From: Kiritimatiellia bacterium
GTDB lineage: Bacteria > Verrucomicrobiota > Kiritimatiellia > RFP12 > UBA1067
DNA: 64,000 bases
Assembly: GCA_045598585.1 (NCBI GenBank)
Contig: JAZLMG010000063.1
Span: forward strand, 3,205 to 67,204
Direction of reading: 5' to 3'
Shown: piece by piece, positions 1-13,670 of the stretch
Layout: each line of letters opens with the position of its first letter
Numbering within the stretch: position 1 is the stretch's first letter
Made by a program: the position numbers and the translations under genes
Notes under the pieces: model-generated
What the model saw: the letters and a program-made list of their open reading frames with translations, nothing else
Told to the model about the DNA's origin: nothing
Databases searched by the model: none

Positions 1-226
1 TCCGAACTATGGAAAGCCCGGCACGAAGCTCGTCTTAAAGCCCGGCATGACGCTCGCCATCGAGCCGATGATCACGCTCACCAAGGCGGGCGAAAAGACG
101 ATAGTTCTTAATGATGACTGGACGGTCGTGACGCGCGACAATTCCTTAAGCGCTCACTTCGAACACACGGTCGTCATTACCGATCATGGTGCGGAAGTCT
201 TGACTTTGCCGGCGGATTATCCCTGA
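1..226 (+). CDS. map: methionine aminopeptidase type I, C-terminal part (5' end outside window)
   Basis: Frame 2 reads [24 protein letters not shown]...[19 protein letters not shown], the conserved C-terminal region of MetAP-I; stop TGA at 224-226. Confidence 0.85.
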   Translation, partial: PNYGKPGTKLVLKPGMTLAIEPMITLTKAGEKTIVLNDDWTVVTRDNSLSAHFEHTVVITDHGAEVLTLPADYP

Positions 227-324
227 AACCATTAAGCCCGAAGGCGCCCCGGTCGAATGGCGGCTGATTGCTTGGTGGTGGATTTTCCGTCGGTGTTATT
301 TAGTAGAGAAAAGAGTAAGCGAAA

Positions 325-522
325 ATGGTTCAAATCAATAAAGAGTGCTGCAAGGGCTGCGGACGTTGCGTTACCGCCTGCCCGAAGAAGTGCCTCGAGC
401 TCGGCGGCGAGATGAACGCCATGGGCATCAAGGCCGTATCTTACAAGGGCGAAGGTTGTATCAGCTGTGGAATTTGCTTCTACAATTGCCCGGAGCCGTA
501 TGCTTTGAGGGTAGAGAAATGA
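325..522 (+). CDS. 4Fe-4S dicluster ferredoxin-type (delta) subunit of a 2-oxoacid:ferredoxin oxidoreductase
   Basis: 65 aa with two CxxCxxCxxxCP motifs (CCKGCGRCVTACP, CISCGICFYNCP); stop overlaps the next start (ATGA). Confidence 0.8.
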   Translation: MVQINKECCKGCGRCVTACPKKCLELGGEMNAMGIKAVSYKGEGCISCGICFYNCPEPYALRVEK

Positions 523-1574
523 CGAAATTCGTTAAGTCCAATGAAGCCGTCGTAATGGGCGCGTTGTACGCCGGTTGCGAAATCTATTTCGGCTATCCGA
601 TCACTCCCGCTTCCGAAATCGCCCATGGCGCGGCGAAATGGTTTCCGATGTTAGGGCGCAAGTTCGTTCAGGCCGAATGCGAAACCGCTTCGATCAATAT
701 GATGTTCGGCGCGGCAGGTGCGGGCAAGCTCTCGATGACGGCGACTTCCGGTCCCGGCTTTTCGCTTATGCAGGAGGGCTTGAGCTACCTCGCGGGTGCG
801 GAACTTCCCGCCGTCGTTATCGACGTTAACCGCGCGGGCCCTGGTCTCGGCAACGTCTACCCCGAACAGTCCGACTACACTTCGGCGGTTAAGGGTGGTG
901 GACACGGCAGCTACTCGACTTTCACGCTCGCTCCCGCTTCGGCGCAGGAAATGTTCGATTTGACCGTTAAGGCCTTCGAAATGGCCGCCAAGTGGCGCAC
1001 TCCCGCGGTCGTCTTCGCCGATGGCCTCCAGGGCCAGATGATGGAAACGGTCGAGCTTCCCGATACCGAAATGAAGGCGCCCGATTTCAGCGCTTGGGCG
1101 GCCGAAGGAACTCCGGCGACTCGCAACAATTTGGTAAAGTCCATTTATCTCGACGCGAAGCAGCAGGAAGAATTCAATCGTCATCTTCAAGCGAAGTACG
1201 CGAAGATGCAGGCGGACGCGATGAGCGAGAGCTACTTGGTCGAGGATGCCGAGATCCTTCTCGTCGGCTTCGGCATTTCGAGCCGCATTGCGCGCACGAC
1301 CGCCGAAACGCTTCGAAAGGAAGGTATCAAGGCGGGCTGCTTCAGGCCGATTACTTTAAATCCTTTCCCGCGCGAAGATCTTGCCAAAGTTGCCGCGGGC
1401 AAAAAGATTCTTACAATCGAACTCGACGCCGGTCAGTTTGCCGATGATGTCCGCCTCAATCTCGCGAAGATGGGCCTCGGAGCGGAAGCGGCAACCTTAA
1501 AGATGATCAATCGCATGGGCGGCGAAGTCGTTTCGGTCGATGATGCGGTAAAGGCCGCAAAGGAGATGATTTAA
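519..1574 (+). CDS. 2-oxoacid:ferredoxin oxidoreductase alpha subunit (Vor/Kor/Por type)
   Basis: Starts MTKFVKSNEAVVMGALYAGCEIYFGYPITPASEI, the typical OFOR alpha N-terminus. I chose the internal ATG at 519 instead of the track ORF start at 345, which overlaps the delta gene. Confidence 0.8.
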   Translation: MTKFVKSNEAVVMGALYAGCEIYFGYPITPASEIAHGAAKWFPMLGRKFVQAECETASINMMFGAAGAGKLSMTATSGPGFSLMQEGLSYLAGAELPAVVIDVNRAGPGLGNVYPEQSDYTSAVKGGGHGSYSTFTLAPASAQEMFDLTVKAFEMAAKWRTPAVVFADGLQGQMMETVELPDTEMKAPDFSAWAAEGTPATRNNLVKSIYLDAKQQEEFNRHLQAKYAKMQADAMSESYLVEDAEILLVGFGISSRIARTTAETLRKEGIKAGCFRPITLNPFPREDLAKVAAGKKILTIELDAGQFADDVRLNLAKMGLGAEAATLKMINRMGGEVVSVDDAVKAAKEMI

Positions 1575-2971
1575 TGGCTACGATCGAACAGAAGGGTATG
1601 TACAAGGTCTTTCCCCGCTCGGGAAAGAACGTTTCCTATACTCACTATTGCCCCGGCTGCGGGCATGGCATCATCAATAAGCTTATCGCCGAAGCGTGTG
1701 CCGAAATGGGGCTTCAGGATGAAACGATTTTCGTTGACCCCGTCGGCTGCGGCGTCTTTACCTACTATTATTGGGACGCGGCGCACATTTCCGCCGCGCA
1801 TGGCCGAGCTTCGGCGTGTGCGACGGGCGTTTCGCGCGCTCGTCCCGACGCGGTCACTATCGCTTATCAGGGCGATGGAGATCTCGGCGCCATCGGTTTC
1901 AACAACGCTTTCCAGGCGGCGAGCCGTGGTGAAAAGTTCGGCTGTATCTTCGTTAACAATTCGCTTTACGGCATGACCGGCGGTCAGATGGCTCCGACCA
2001 CGCTCGAAGGCGAAAAGACGACGACGACGCCCTTTGGACGCGACAGCTCGCTTACGGGTTATCCCTTGCATGTCTGCGAAGTTTTCAATCAGCTTAAAGC
2101 GCCCGTCTATATCGCTCGCGTTTCGGTTGCCGATACGCGCCGCATCATGCAGGCGAAGCAGGCGATTCGCAAGGTTTTCCAGATTCAGAAGGAAAAGAAG
2201 GGCTATGCGATTCTCGAAATCCTCGCTCCTTGCCCCACGAACTTCAAGATGACGCCCGACAAGGCCGCTCAATTCGTCATCGACGAAATGGAGAAGGAAT
2301 TTCCCTTGGGCGTTTTCCGCGATGAAACGGCCGACCATGTAAACCCAAAGTCGGTCGAAGTCCCGTTAGTTAAGAGCTGCATGGAACTCTTCCAAGAAAA
2401 GGATTCGATTCCTGCCGCGATAAATGACGCCGGCTTCGCCGAAAAGCGCTTCAAATTCGCGGGTTACGGCGGGCAGGGCATCCTTTCTTTGGGGCTTACG
2501 GTAGCTGAAGCGGCGCGTCTCGAGCGTCGTCATACCTTGTGGTTCCCGAGCTATGGTCCCGAACAGCGTGGTGGCAGCGCGAATTGCTCCGTCGTCGTTT
2601 CGGGAACTCCCATCGGCTCGCCTACCGTCGAACATCCCGATGTTCTCGTTGCGATGAATCAGCCTGCTTACGAGCGTTTTGCCGCGGATGTGAAGCCGGG
2701 CGGAACGATTATCGTCGATTCGACCGTGCCCGTTCTTGTCGAGCCCCCGGAGGGCGTGAAGCTTATCAAGTGGCCCGCGATCAAGATGGCCGAAGAGTTC
2801 GGCGTCCCGAAGGCGGCGAATACGATGATGCTCGCGGCGCTTAAGAAGTTCGCGCTTACGGGACTATCGGCGGAAAATCTCGAGACCGCGCTTATCGCGA
2901 GCTTCAAGAAGAAACCTGAACTCGGCGAAAAGAATCGCGAGTTGCTCCGTAAAGCGGAGCAACAAGGTTGA
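1574..2971 (+). CDS. 2-oxoacid:ferredoxin oxidoreductase beta subunit (TPP-binding) fused to a gamma domain
   Basis: YCPGCGHG and GDGD..G TPP-binding motifs in the N-terminal half; the C-terminal half resembles a gamma subunit (GYGGQGILSLG). TAATG overlap with the alpha gene. Confidence 0.8.
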   Translation: MATIEQKGMYKVFPRSGKNVSYTHYCPGCGHGIINKLIAEACAEMGLQDETIFVDPVGCGVFTYYYWDAAHISAAHGRASACATGVSRARPDAVTIAYQGDGDLGAIGFNNAFQAASRGEKFGCIFVNNSLYGMTGGQMAPTTLEGEKTTTTPFGRDSSLTGYPLHVCEVFNQLKAPVYIARVSVADTRRIMQAKQAIRKVFQIQKEKKGYAILEILAPCPTNFKMTPDKAAQFVIDEMEKEFPLGVFRDETADHVNPKSVEVPLVKSCMELFQEKDSIPAAINDAGFAEKRFKFAGYGGQGILSLGLTVAEAARLERRHTLWFPSYGPEQRGGSANCSVVVSGTPIGSPTVEHPDVLVAMNQPAYERFAADVKPGGTIIVDSTVPVLVEPPEGVKLIKWPAIKMAEEFGVPKAANTMMLAALKKFALTGLSAENLETALIASFKKKPELGEKNRELLRKAEQQG

Positions 2972-3001
2972 AGGTAGAAGGTAAAAGGAAGGGGAGGCGA
3001 A

Positions 3002-3802
3002 ATGAAGATATATTTTTATGTCAATACCGACAAGCCGGAAGCCGCGCTTGCTCGCGTTTCGCTCTCCTCGCTCGCTAGCGTCCATAGCCACAAGGTCGTT
3101 GATTCGGGCTATGATGCCGATGTCGTGATATCGCTCGGAGGTGACGGGACGATTCTTCGCGCCGTTCACGAGTTTCCCGGCGTTCCTGTTCTCGGCTTCA
3201 ACTTAGGCGGGCTCGGGTATCTCTCGAGCGTTGAGAAGAAAGACTTCGAAAAGGCATTTTCGATGCTTTCGAAGGGCGAGTTCGCTGTCGTTCCGCGCAT
3301 GACCTTAGCCGCTTCGAAAAACGGCAGCCCTCGTCGCCTCGCCTTGAACGACATCGTTCTTAATCGTGAGATGTCTGGTCACGCGGCGATTCTCGATCTC
3401 GAAGTCGATGGGCGTGGAGTAACGCGTTATCTCTCCGATGGTCTTATCGTTGCGACTCCCACGGGATCGACCGCTTATTCGCTTGCAGCGGGTGGGCCGA
3501 TTCTCACCGCCGACTCGAAGAGCTTCGTGGTGACGCCGATGAATCCCCACGCCTTGTCGATTCGCCCAATCGTCTTCGGTGATAATTCGCGCTTTAAGAT
3601 CACCTCCCACTCTCGCGAGAATGGGGAAGGCGGCAAAATCGGAGTTTATGCCGATGGCGTCAGAGTTTTCGAGCTCGAAGCGGGCGAATCGCTTGACATC
3701 GAGAAATGCAATGAGGGGGCTCTCATGGTCGACCTCTCCGGCTACGACCCCTACGACGTGATGGCCAAGAAACTCGGCTTCGGCGGCACCGCGATAAAGT
3801 AA
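3002..3802 (+). CDS. nadK: NAD kinase
   Basis: GGDGTILRA motif, NLGGLGYL, and TPTGSTAYSLAAGGPI. Confidence 0.85.
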   Translation: MKIYFYVNTDKPEAALARVSLSSLASVHSHKVVDSGYDADVVISLGGDGTILRAVHEFPGVPVLGFNLGGLGYLSSVEKKDFEKAFSMLSKGEFAVVPRMTLAASKNGSPRRLALNDIVLNREMSGHAAILDLEVDGRGVTRYLSDGLIVATPTGSTAYSLAAGGPILTADSKSFVVTPMNPHALSIRPIVFGDNSRFKITSHSRENGEGGKIGVYADGVRVFELEAGESLDIEKCNEGALMVDLSGYDPYDVMAKKLGFGGTAIK

Positions 3803-3803
3803 G

Positions 3804-4637
3804 ATGATCGAGTTTTCCGGAGATGCGATTTTAGTCGAGGAAGCGCGGCAGATCAAGGCGCTTTCGAAAATCGCCGACATGATTTCCTCTCGCAAGGGCG
3901 TTAAGCTCGTACTTCTTTGCGGGCCGAGCTCGGCGGGAAAGACGACGACGGCGAAGCGCCTCGCGATTCAGCTCCAGGTCGATGGTTACTCGGCTTTATC
4001 GATGTCGACCGACGATTATTTTGTCGGGGATGAGCGTAACCCGCGCGATGAAAACGGCGAGCTAGACTATGAGCATGTCGACTGCGTGGACGCGGCGGAG
4101 CTTGAAGAAGATTTGTCGAAGCTTATTCGCGGCGAAACGATAACTCCGCGCAGATTCGATTTCCAGAAGCATGTCGGCTTTCGTGATACTTCGAAGAGCT
4201 TGACCTTGCCCGAAAACGGAATCATTATCTTGGAGGGAATTCACGCCCTCAATCCGAAACTTACCGGGCATATCGCGAGCGAGAAGAAGTTCAAAATCTT
4301 TATCCACTGCTCGAAAACGCGGCGCTTTTATCGTCGGCTAGTTCGTGATAGCCATTATCGTAATATGAACGCCGCTTCGACGATATCGATTTGGCCGAAG
4401 GTCTTGAAAGGCGAAGAAACTTGGATCAATCCTCATCGCTCGGAAGCCGATGTCGAGTTCGAGTCTTCGCTTCCTTACGAGTTCGGCGTTCTTCGTCCTT
4501 TCGTCGAGAAGATGCTCGCCTCCGAAACGCCCGAGCTCCTCGCGCCCTTAATCGAATATGCTCCGATTCCGGCGAAGAAAGTGCCCGGTGACTCGATTCT
4601 TCGCGAGACTATCGGCGAGAGCCTTTTGGAGTATTGA
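3804..4637 (+). CDS. uridine kinase / PRK-family P-loop nucleoside kinase-like protein
   Basis: Walker A in LLCGPSSAGKTTTAKRL; the downstream layout is uridine-kinase-like (ILEGIHALNP). Confidence 0.6.
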   Translation: MIEFSGDAILVEEARQIKALSKIADMISSRKGVKLVLLCGPSSAGKTTTAKRLAIQLQVDGYSALSMSTDDYFVGDERNPRDENGELDYEHVDCVDAAELEEDLSKLIRGETITPRRFDFQKHVGFRDTSKSLTLPENGIIILEGIHALNPKLTGHIASEKKFKIFIHCSKTRRFYRRLVRDSHYRNMNAASTISIWPKVLKGEETWINPHRSEADVEFESSLPYEFGVLRPFVEKMLASETPELLAPLIEYAPIPAKKVPGDSILRETIGESLLEY

Positions 4638-4671
4638 TTTCCCGCAAGATATTGCCGCGAAGCGGCAAATA

Positions 4672-4680
4672 TGATATAAT
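4672..4680 (+). promoter_or_regulatory. extended -10 promoter (TGATATAAT) 7 nt upstream of the trpS ATG
   Basis: TGATATAAT at 4672-4680 and ATG at 4688. The in-frame upstream ORF extension would have to read through the promoter. Confidence 0.55.
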
Positions 4681-4687
4681 ATACAAT

Positions 4688-8931
<4,244 letters not shown>

Positions 8932-8935
<4 letters not shown>

Positions 8936-9906
8936 AGAAGATTGGTATCATTCTTGGTGCTGCCGCTGTTGCGACTCTCGCGGGTTGTAAGGATCCCGGC
9001 TATAACTATCAGCGCTCGACCGACGTTAAGGTCGTCGAAGAGACTCCCGTCGTTGAAGAGACTCCCGTTGTCGAGGAAACTCCCGCTCCTATCGTTGTCG
9101 AAGAAGTGAAGTGCTCTTGCCCCGCCGGTACGACCCATGAAACCGCGTGCAAGTGCGGCGCGAATGATTGCAAGTGCAAGATCACTCCTCCGAAGCCGGC
9201 CGAACCCGAATACACGACCTACATCGTTCAGCGTGGCGATTATCTCGCCAAGATCTCCAAGAAGTACAACATCACCGTCAAGGCGATCAAGGACTTGAAC
9301 CCTCAGATCAAGGAAGATAACGTCGTCAAGCTCGGTCAGAAGATCAAGCTCCCCGGCAAGGTTGATGTCGGTGCTCAGACCGTCCCCGCCGGTGCTAAGG
9401 CCGAAACCAAGACCACGAAGGAATATAAGGCCTACACGGGCGCTACCAAGGAATACACGATTCAGGCCGGCGATACGCTCGGTAAGATCGCCTATGGTAA
9501 CGGCATCAACATTCGTCAGCTCAAGGAGATGAACGGCATGAAGTCCGACGTCATCCACGCCGGTCAGAAGATCAAGATTCCTGCCGATGGCAAGGCCGCT
9601 CCTGCTGCTCCTAAGGCCGAGCCCACTTCGAAGGTCGCTCCTGCCGGCAATGCCGACCCCGCGATTGTCGAGGAAGCTCCGGCTCCCGAGGCGCCTGCTG
9701 AACCCATTGTCGAGGAAGCCCCCGCTCCGCAAGTCGAAGAAGTTTCCGGATTCGATTACACCGTTCTCGAAGGTGAAGATCTCACCGCCGTTTCGATCAA
9801 GTGGGGCGTTTCGCCCGCTCAGATTCGTGAGCTCAACAACCTCGGTGATGGCAACGATCTTACCGCCGGCCAGGTCATCAAGCTTCCCGCTGACGCTCAG
9901 CAGTAA
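8932..9906 (+). CDS. LysM-repeat lipoprotein
   Basis: Signal peptide with lipobox LAGC. Three LysM units are present (YIVQRGDYLAKISKKYNITVKAIKDLN, YTIQAGDTLGKIAYGNGINIRQLKEMN, YTVLEGEDLTAVSIKWGVSPAQIRELN), separated by PA/PE-rich linkers. Confidence 0.8.
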
Positions 9907-9914
9907 AAAATAAA

Positions 9915-11072
9915 GTGCGGAAGTCCGTACTATTCGCGCTAGGCCTGGTTGTCGCGTTAATCGTGGCGCTGGGCCTAGTCGTTTTGTCGAGCGCCGGTCA
10001 AGCGAACGGAACTCGACTTTATCATGACGCGTTCTTTTTCTTCAAGCGTCAGATTCTTTTCGTTTGCATTGGCGCTCCTTGGGCGTGGATGCTTTCCAAA
10101 TTCGATTATCACCATCTGCGTGATAACACCTCTCTTACATATTTCGGTTTTGCGGTTTTGGTGCTGCTGTTGGTGCTCACGCTGTTCTTCCCGCCGATCA
10201 ATGGTTCAAGACGCTGGATTCCGTTAAAAGTATTCAATCTTCAGCCGAGCGAAATTGCGAAATTGATGTCGGTAATCATTGTCGCGATGTGGACCGATCG
10301 TTTAAGATGGCAAATCGGCGAATTCAAGCGCGGCGCTTTTATTCCCGTTATGTTTATCGGGCTACTGGCGGGGCTTGTGATTTGTGAGCCGGATTTCGGG
10401 TCGACCATGGTTATCATTCTCGCGGGCGGCGTTACGATGTTTCTAGCGGGTACGAAAATCGCGCATATTGCCATTTTCGGTAGTGCCGCTATGCCGATGT
10501 TCGGCTATCTCGTATACAAAAACGCAAACCGCATGGCGCGAATTGCCGCGTACATGAAAGAGCATTACGACATGACTATAAATGTCGCTGCGGAAGTTTC
10601 TTCCAAGGCCGTTGATAATGCCGCTTATCAAGGTCACCACGCGCTTGTCGCGCTTCAAAATGGCGGTATTTGGGGCGTAGGGCTTAACGAGTCGATGCAG
10701 AAGCATATGTTCCTCCCCGAAGCTCATACCGACATGATTTTCGCTATCGGCGCGGAAGAGCTGGGGCTTATCTTCTCTGTCGGCTTGGTGCTTCTGTGGG
10801 TCATCTTTTTCGCGCTTTCTTTCAATATAGCGAAGCATTCCGTCGATCGATTCGGTAAACTCATCGTCTTCGGCATGGCGTTCATCCTTTGTTTTCAGAC
10901 GTTTTTCAATATCGGAGTCGTATGCGGTGCTTTGCCGATGAAGGGCATGGCGCTCCCGTTCTTCACTTACGGAGGAACAAATATTCTTTGCGCTTTTACA
11001 GCCGTAGGGCTAATTCTCTCCGTAGGCCGACATGCTTACAACTCCGGGAAGCGGATTTATCGTCGTGGCTAA
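9915..11072 (+). CDS. ftsW: SEDS-family peptidoglycan glycosyltransferase FtsW/RodA
   Basis: Polytopic membrane protein with the SEDS motifs QPSEIAKL and EAHTDMIFA. Its position after murD fits a dcw-type context. GTG start. Confidence 0.8.
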   Translation: MRKSVLFALGLVVALIVALGLVVLSSAGQANGTRLYHDAFFFFKRQILFVCIGAPWAWMLSKFDYHHLRDNTSLTYFGFAVLVLLLVLTLFFPPINGSRRWIPLKVFNLQPSEIAKLMSVIIVAMWTDRLRWQIGEFKRGAFIPVMFIGLLAGLVICEPDFGSTMVIILAGGVTMFLAGTKIAHIAIFGSAAMPMFGYLVYKNANRMARIAAYMKEHYDMTINVAAEVSSKAVDNAAYQGHHALVALQNGGIWGVGLNESMQKHMFLPEAHTDMIFAIGAEELGLIFSVGLVLLWVIFFALSFNIAKHSVDRFGKLIVFGMAFILCFQTFFNIGVVCGALPMKGMALPFFTYGGTNILCAFTAVGLILSVGRHAYNSGKRIYRRG

Positions 11073-12198
11073 CGCAGAAGAGATTAAGCCCTACTCGGTT
11101 ACGTCGCTTACGACGGCGATGAAAGGGCTTTTGGAAAAGAACTTTTTCCGCATCTACGTCGAAGGCGAAATCAGCGGCTTTAAGCGTTATCCCTCGGGGC
11201 ATGTATACTTTACCTTGAAAGACGAAGGAGCGCAGCTCTCTGCCGTCATGTTCTCGAGCTATTTCGAGAGGTGTAAGGTAAAATCGGCATTGAAGGATGG
11301 CGCGAAAGTGCTTCTTTATGCTACCGCTTCGATGTATCCTCAGCGCGGCAGTTGCCAGCTTAACGTGCTTGCGGCGAAACTCGTCGGGATTGGGGATTTG
11401 ATGCAGAAGTACCTTGAGCTTAAAGCGAAGCTCGAAGCGGAGGGTCTCTTCGACTCTAGACGCAAGAAGCCGCTCCCGAGATTGCCGCGCAAGATCGGTA
11501 TCGTCACGAGCGAAGCGGGTGCGGTTATTCACGACATGTGTAATGTCCTTACGCGCCGTTTCCCGGCGTTGGAGATTCGTCTTTTCCCGGCTCTTGTTCA
11601 AGGTGCGGGCGCGGCAGAGTCGATTTTACGCGGTGTAGAGTACTTTAATACCGAATATATTCCCGATCTTCTTATCGTCGCACGTGGTGGCGGGAGCTTC
11701 GAAGACCTCTTTTGCTTTAATGACGAGGCGCTGGTGCGGGCTGTCGCCGCTTCGCGCGTTCCGACGATTTCGGCGGTCGGTCATGAAACCGATTTTACCT
11801 TGTGTGATTTTGCCGCGGATAAGCGTGCCGGAACGCCCTCAATCGCGGCGGAAATGGCGGTCCCTGTGCTGACGGAGCTTGAGGAGCGTCTTTCCAACGC
11901 TCGTCTTCGCATGATTGCCGCGCTTAGAGCGAAAGGGGATAGTTTCGCTCAGTATATCGATCAGCTTTCCTCGGAGCTTGTGCGAGCACTTAAATATTCG
12001 CTTTCGCTTGTGGAAGCTCGGCTTAATACGGCAACTCGCTCATTGCTTCTCTTGTCTCCTTATTCGGTTTTGGAACGCGGCTATTCGCTTACTACAAAAG
12101 CGGATGGTTCGGTCGTTAAGGATGCCGAGTCGTTAGTGAAGGGGGATAGAATCTTTTCTCGTTTCGCCTCCGGTTCGGCGACTTCGATAGTCGAGTAA
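11032..12198 (+). CDS. xseA: exodeoxyribonuclease VII large subunit
   Basis: SVTSLTTAMKGLLEKNFFRIYVEGEISGFKRYPSGHVYFTLKD and ARGGGSFEDLFCFNDE motifs. The start is uncertain (an alternative GTG lies at 11065). Confidence 0.85.
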   Translation: MLTTPGSGFIVVANAEEIKPYSVTSLTTAMKGLLEKNFFRIYVEGEISGFKRYPSGHVYFTLKDEGAQLSAVMFSSYFERCKVKSALKDGAKVLLYATASMYPQRGSCQLNVLAAKLVGIGDLMQKYLELKAKLEAEGLFDSRRKKPLPRLPRKIGIVTSEAGAVIHDMCNVLTRRFPALEIRLFPALVQGAGAAESILRGVEYFNTEYIPDLLIVARGGGSFEDLFCFNDEALVRAVAASRVPTISAVGHETDFTLCDFAADKRAGTPSIAAEMAVPVLTELEERLSNARLRMIAALRAKGDSFAQYIDQLSSELVRALKYSLSLVEARLNTATRSLLLLSPYSVLERGYSLTTKADGSVVKDAESLVKGDRIFSRFASGSATSIVE

Positions 12199-12382
12199 AA
12201 TTTTTTGTCGATTCCCAAGGTAAATGCGCATTATCCCCTAGGGGATAAGAGTGTGAGACCTGATCAAAGAACTCCTATACCGGTAAATGTGCCTGCCAAT
12301 AAAATTGCAATGCGCATTAACAATGAGAATCTACATTCTTCTGAGATTACTACATTTCCGCTTGCAAAAAGGCAAGGAAAAA

Positions 12383-12391
12383 TGATATAAT
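12383..12391 (+). promoter_or_regulatory. extended -10 promoter (TGATATAAT) for infA
   Basis: TGATATAAT lies 35 nt upstream of the infA ATG; an AAGG RBS lies between them. Confidence 0.5.
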
Positions 12392-12425
12392 ATAGAAGTT
12401 TATTTCACTAAAGAAGGTTGCATAA

Positions 12426-12653
12426 ATGGCGAAAGAAGAAGATCAGGCGATTGAAGTGACGGGCGTCGTCACTAAAGTCTTGCCGGCTACTATGTACAAG
12501 GTTCAGCTCGAAAACGGGCATGAAATCCTCGCGCACATCTCCGGAAAGATGCGCAAGTTCTTCATCAAGATCGCTATCGGCGACAAGGTCACGGTCGAAA
12601 TCTCGCCCTATGATCTTGGCAAGGGCCGTATCACCTATCGTCACAAAGTTTAA
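12426..12653 (+). CDS. infA: translation initiation factor IF-1
   Basis: [69 protein letters not shown] is canonical IF-1 sequence. Confidence 0.95.
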   Translation: MAKEEDQAIEVTGVVTKVLPATMYKVQLENGHEILAHISGKMRKFFIKIAIGDKVTVEISPYDLGKGRITYRHKV

Positions 12654-12673
12654 TCATATAAGGAGAACATAAC

Positions 12674-13438
12674 ATGTCAGGTCACAGCCACTGGGCGACT
12701 ATTAAGCGCGCGAAAGGCGCTGCGGATGCTAAGAAGGGTAAAATCTTCTCGAAGCTTGGTAAGGAAATCACGATCGTCGTTAAGGCGAAGGGCGGTAACC
12801 CCGATAACAACCCGACCCTCCGTACGCTCATCGCGAAGGCCAAGGCCGCGCAGATGCCGAACGACAACATCGAACGCGCCATCAAGAAGGGCACGGGCGA
12901 ACTCGAATCCGCCGCGCTCGTCGACGCTCAGTACGAAGGCATCAAGGGCGGTACCGCCGTTGTCGTCAACGTTCTTACCGATAACAAGAACCGCGCTGCC
13001 GCGGAAGTCGGTAACGTCTTCAAGAAGAACGGCCTCGAATTCGCGAAGCAGGGCTCCGCTACCCGTCTCTTCGATCGCATGGGTCAGATCATGATCCCCG
13101 CCGCTGACGGTATCGATGAAGACAAGGTCACCGAAGTCGCTCTCGACGTCGGCGCCGAGGACGTCGTCACGGAAGATGGCGGCTTCACCGTCAAGTGCCA
13201 GCCCAACGATTTCACGACCGTTCTCGAAGCCATCAAGGCCGCCGGCATCAATGTCGACGAAGAGAACAGCTCGGTCGGTCTCGTTCCGAACATGATGAAC
13301 CCTGTGAGCGACGTCGCTGCTGCGAAGGCCATCAACAAGTTCGTCGAAATGCTCGAAGACCTCGAAGACGTTCAGGACGTTTACACCAACATGGAAACGA
13401 CCGATGAAGTCGACGCGGCTCTCGAAGCCGAGGGCTAA
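12674..13438 (+). CDS. yebC: YebC/PmpR family transcriptional regulator
   Basis: MSGHSHWATIKRAKGAADAKKGKIFSKL is the family signature N-terminus. Confidence 0.9.
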   Translation: MSGHSHWATIKRAKGAADAKKGKIFSKLGKEITIVVKAKGGNPDNNPTLRTLIAKAKAAQMPNDNIERAIKKGTGELESAALVDAQYEGIKGGTAVVVNVLTDNKNRAAAEVGNVFKKNGLEFAKQGSATRLFDRMGQIMIPAADGIDEDKVTEVALDVGAEDVVTEDGGFTVKCQPNDFTTVLEAIKAAGINVDEENSSVGLVPNMMNPVSDVAAAKAINKFVEMLEDLEDVQDVYTNMETTDEVDAALEAEG

Positions 13439-13444
13439 GTAAAA

Positions 13445-13466
13445 AATCTTGCGCTAAAGCAAGATT
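13445..13466 (+). terminator. hairpin after yebC (AATCTTGC-gctaaa-GCAAGATT)
   Basis: Perfect 8-bp stem. There is no T-run on the plus side, so terminator function is doubtful. Confidence 0.3.
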
Positions 13467-13471
13467 CCCTA

Positions 13472-13500
13472 TTGACAAGTGGCGGGTAGTTATGATATAC
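13472..13500 (+). promoter_or_regulatory. sigma70-type promoter for tRNA-Tyr
   Basis: TTGACA at 13472-13477, a ~17-nt spacer, then a TGATATAC-type -10, about 20 nt before the tRNA 5' end. Confidence 0.5.
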
Positions 13501-13521
13501 TATTCGCCACTTACGTTTACT

Positions 13522-13607
13522 GGTGAGATACTCAAGCGGTCAACGAGGGCAGACTGTAAATCTGCTGGCTTACGCCTTCCAAGGTTCGAATCCTTGCCTC
13601 ACCACCA
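13522..13607 (+). tRNA. tRNA-Tyr (GTA anticodon), class II with long variable arm, CCA encoded
   Basis: Folded by hand. The acceptor is GGTGAG(A)/(C)CTCACC with one mismatch at 7:66. The D stem is CTC/GAG and the anticodon stem is GCAGA/TCTGC with loop CTGTAAA. A variable-arm hairpin GGC..GCC and a T arm CAAGG-TTCGAAT-CCTTG follow, then A-CCA. Confidence 0.9.
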
Positions 13608-13670
13608 CCTTCAGGCTTCGCGGCACTTCGCCCTGACAAGCTATTTTAGATAAAAGAGGGTTTCCTTAAA

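Noticed and set aside
12205-12390. 61-aa ORF in the xseA-infA spacer.
   Set aside because: It has no RBS and spans palindromes and the approach to the infA promoter in an AT-rich non-coding region. It is treated as regulatory DNA instead.
13472-13607. tRNA-Tyr as an integration site for an island.
   Set aside because: Both flanks are ordinary GC-rich housekeeping genes. There is no integrase, no direct repeat of the tRNA 3' end, and no compositional shift nearby.
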